From Andalucia godoyi And28 (Eukaryota; Protista; Jakobida): 21,494 nt of DNA. Every line of letters starts with the position of its first letter. Position 1 is the first letter of the stretch. The position numbers were made by a program, and so were the translations under genes. Where the stretch lies: positions 377,047 to 398,540 of the forward strand of contig VRVR01000011.1 in assembly GCA_009859145.1 (NCBI GenBank). The letters are read 5' to 3'. Below are positions 20,175 to 21,494 of the stretch, in pieces. Under the pieces are notes generated by a model. That model saw nothing but the letters and a program-made list of their open reading frames with translations, searched no databases and was not told the DNA's origin.

Positions 20175-20687
20175 CGCTTATATCAGCGTCGTCGTCGTCG
20201 CCGTTGTTGTTGTTGTTCAAACAAAGACCAGGATATCGCGCATTTTTTCCCCCCCTTGTCCTTTACCATTGTCCCGGAACCTGCTGAGGAAAGATGTTTG
20301 AATGTCGACAGCTGTCGAATGCTGAACTCAAGCGTGCAAGAAGATGCACGAAACCCCAGAACGCGGACGGAATCCAAAAAAGGGAATAATGTGTTCAACA
20401 GCACCCTTTTTTTGTCTGGTTTCAGCACTTTTTTGAGCGTTTTGGTGCTTTTCCAGGTTTCGGTGTAAAAATAAACTCTTGCTTGCGCTCCGTTCCTATT
20501 TATTGATGTGGGCGTTGCTATTTTTCATTTTCTGTGAACCATTTTTTCCCCTCCTGATTATGTCTTCTTCTTTTTTTCCCTTCTCTTGGTTCGTCAGCAC
20601 TTTTTATTGCCATTTTGCAACAAATTAGCAGTAGCGCCATTTGGGCAAGAAAGTAGAAGAGAAGGGGAAAAGAACGGCAAACAGAAA

Positions 20688-21446
20688 ATGTCTGGTGGTT
20701 GTCCATTCGTTCACATTGAAGAGCCTCGTTTGGAAACAGACCTCGGTTATCGGGCGCAGTATATCTGCAAGTTTGTTGAATTCGATGCAGAAGATGTAAA
20801 GACCATGAACGCGCTTGCTCCTGTACTTGCGCCTCTTGTGCCGACCGTTGTGGACGCAGTATACACTAAGCTGTTTTCGTTTGATGTAACGAAGTCAGTG
20901 TTTCTGAAGCGCAACGAGGGGTTCCAGGGACGACTAGACGCCGATCTTGCGCATCTTTCTCAGAATTCCGAGCAGATCAAGTTCCGCAAGGACATGCTTT
21001 CCAAGTATCTTGTGCGTGTCGTGACCGGAAACTACGACACGGCGATGATCAGCTACCTGGACTGGGTCGGCAAGATCCACACTGACAAGGCAGGTGCAAA
21101 AACCATTAATGTCGATTATATCCACTGCGGCCTGCTCATGGGTTATGTGGAAAATGTTCTGCTCGGCGCCGTTCTCGGAGCGGGACTGGATGCGGAGACC
21201 ACCAAGCGCGCCGTGATCGCCATCAACAAGGTCCTGTGGATTCAGAATGATCTCTTTGTTCGCCACTATCTCCCCACTGCAGAGGAAAAGGCGATTCTCG
21301 CACATTGTCGCTCGAACTCTTCGTCTTCCTCCTCCTCGTGTTGCCCTGTTTCAAAGTCTTGCTGTGCGTTCAGCATGCAGAACATCTCGGCTCTCGTCGG
21401 TGGCATCGCCCTCGGCCTTGGTCTTGCGAAGGCGTTCTCCCGTTAA
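20688..21446 (+). CDS. Protoglobin/sensor-type single-domain globin, 252 aa, with Cys-rich linker and C-terminal hydrophobic tail
   Basis: From ATG 20688. Resembles fungal-type sensor globins as I recall them (LETDLGYRAQYICKFVEF, VDAVYTKLFSFDVT, RKDMLSKYL, YLDWVGKIH, VDYIH, KVLWIQNDLF). Putative proximal His131 at 21078-21080. Confidence 0.8.
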   Translation: MSGGCPFVHIEEPRLETDLGYRAQYICKFVEFDAEDVKTMNALAPVLAPLVPTVVDAVYTKLFSFDVTKSVFLKRNEGFQGRLDADLAHLSQNSEQIKFRKDMLSKYLVRVVTGNYDTAMISYLDWVGKIHTDKAGAKTINVDYIHCGLLMGYVENVLLGAVLGAGLDAETTKRAVIAINKVLWIQNDLFVRHYLPTAEEKAILAHCRSNSSSSSSSCCPVSKSCCAFSMQNISALVGGIALGLGLAKAFSR

Positions 21447-21494
21447 GGACCGCCAGAACTGCTGTAAAAAAAGAAAAACCAAAAATCATTTGTT

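Noticed and set aside
20305-20318. Perfect 14-bp palindrome TCGACAGCTGTCGA (E-box core) in the RPA12/globin divergent promoter, plus a nearby A6G3/C3T6 inverted repeat
   Set aside because: About one 14-bp palindrome is expected by chance in 21 kb, and the second repeat is low complexity.
20284-20355. CTGAGGA...GAAAC hammerhead-like core
   Set aside because: The stem II closing pair is A-C and there is no stem III partner or NUH cleavage site.

Overview
Gene-dense eukaryotic nuclear DNA using the standard genetic code, with 11 protein-coding genes in 21.5 kb and no prokaryotic, CRISPR or transposon features. It is probably an intron-poor, free-living flagellated protist (inferred from the PKD2-like channel, ARF6-like GTPase and sparse introns; the organism cannot be identified from sequence alone). 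Gene order: Pumilio/PUF (+), UDP-glucose pyrophosphorylase (-), polycystin-2-like channel (+), ARF6-like GTPase (-), an atypical Rab-like GTPase fused to three ~55-aa repeats (+), secreted GH18 hydrolase (-), proteasome alpha-6/PSMA1 (+), Vps39/TGFBRAP1-family protein (+), a Ser-rich coiled-coil orphan (+), RNA polymerase I subunit RPA12 (-), and a protoglobin-like globin with a C-terminal hydrophobic tail (+). I reconstructed three spliceosomal introns by hand that the ORF track misses. All have an A|GTATGT donor, all are phase 1 and all lie near the start codon; one splits the ATG itself. The best candidates for novelty are (1) a ~290-nt GC-rich, highly structured minus-strand island between PKD2 and ARF6 with SRP-RNA-like topology, (2) the Rab-like protein with a degenerate G3 box and triple PFU-like repeats, and (3) the tail-anchored globin with Cys-Pro motifs. 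Family assignments are from recalled motifs and manual reading; no database search or folding program was run.
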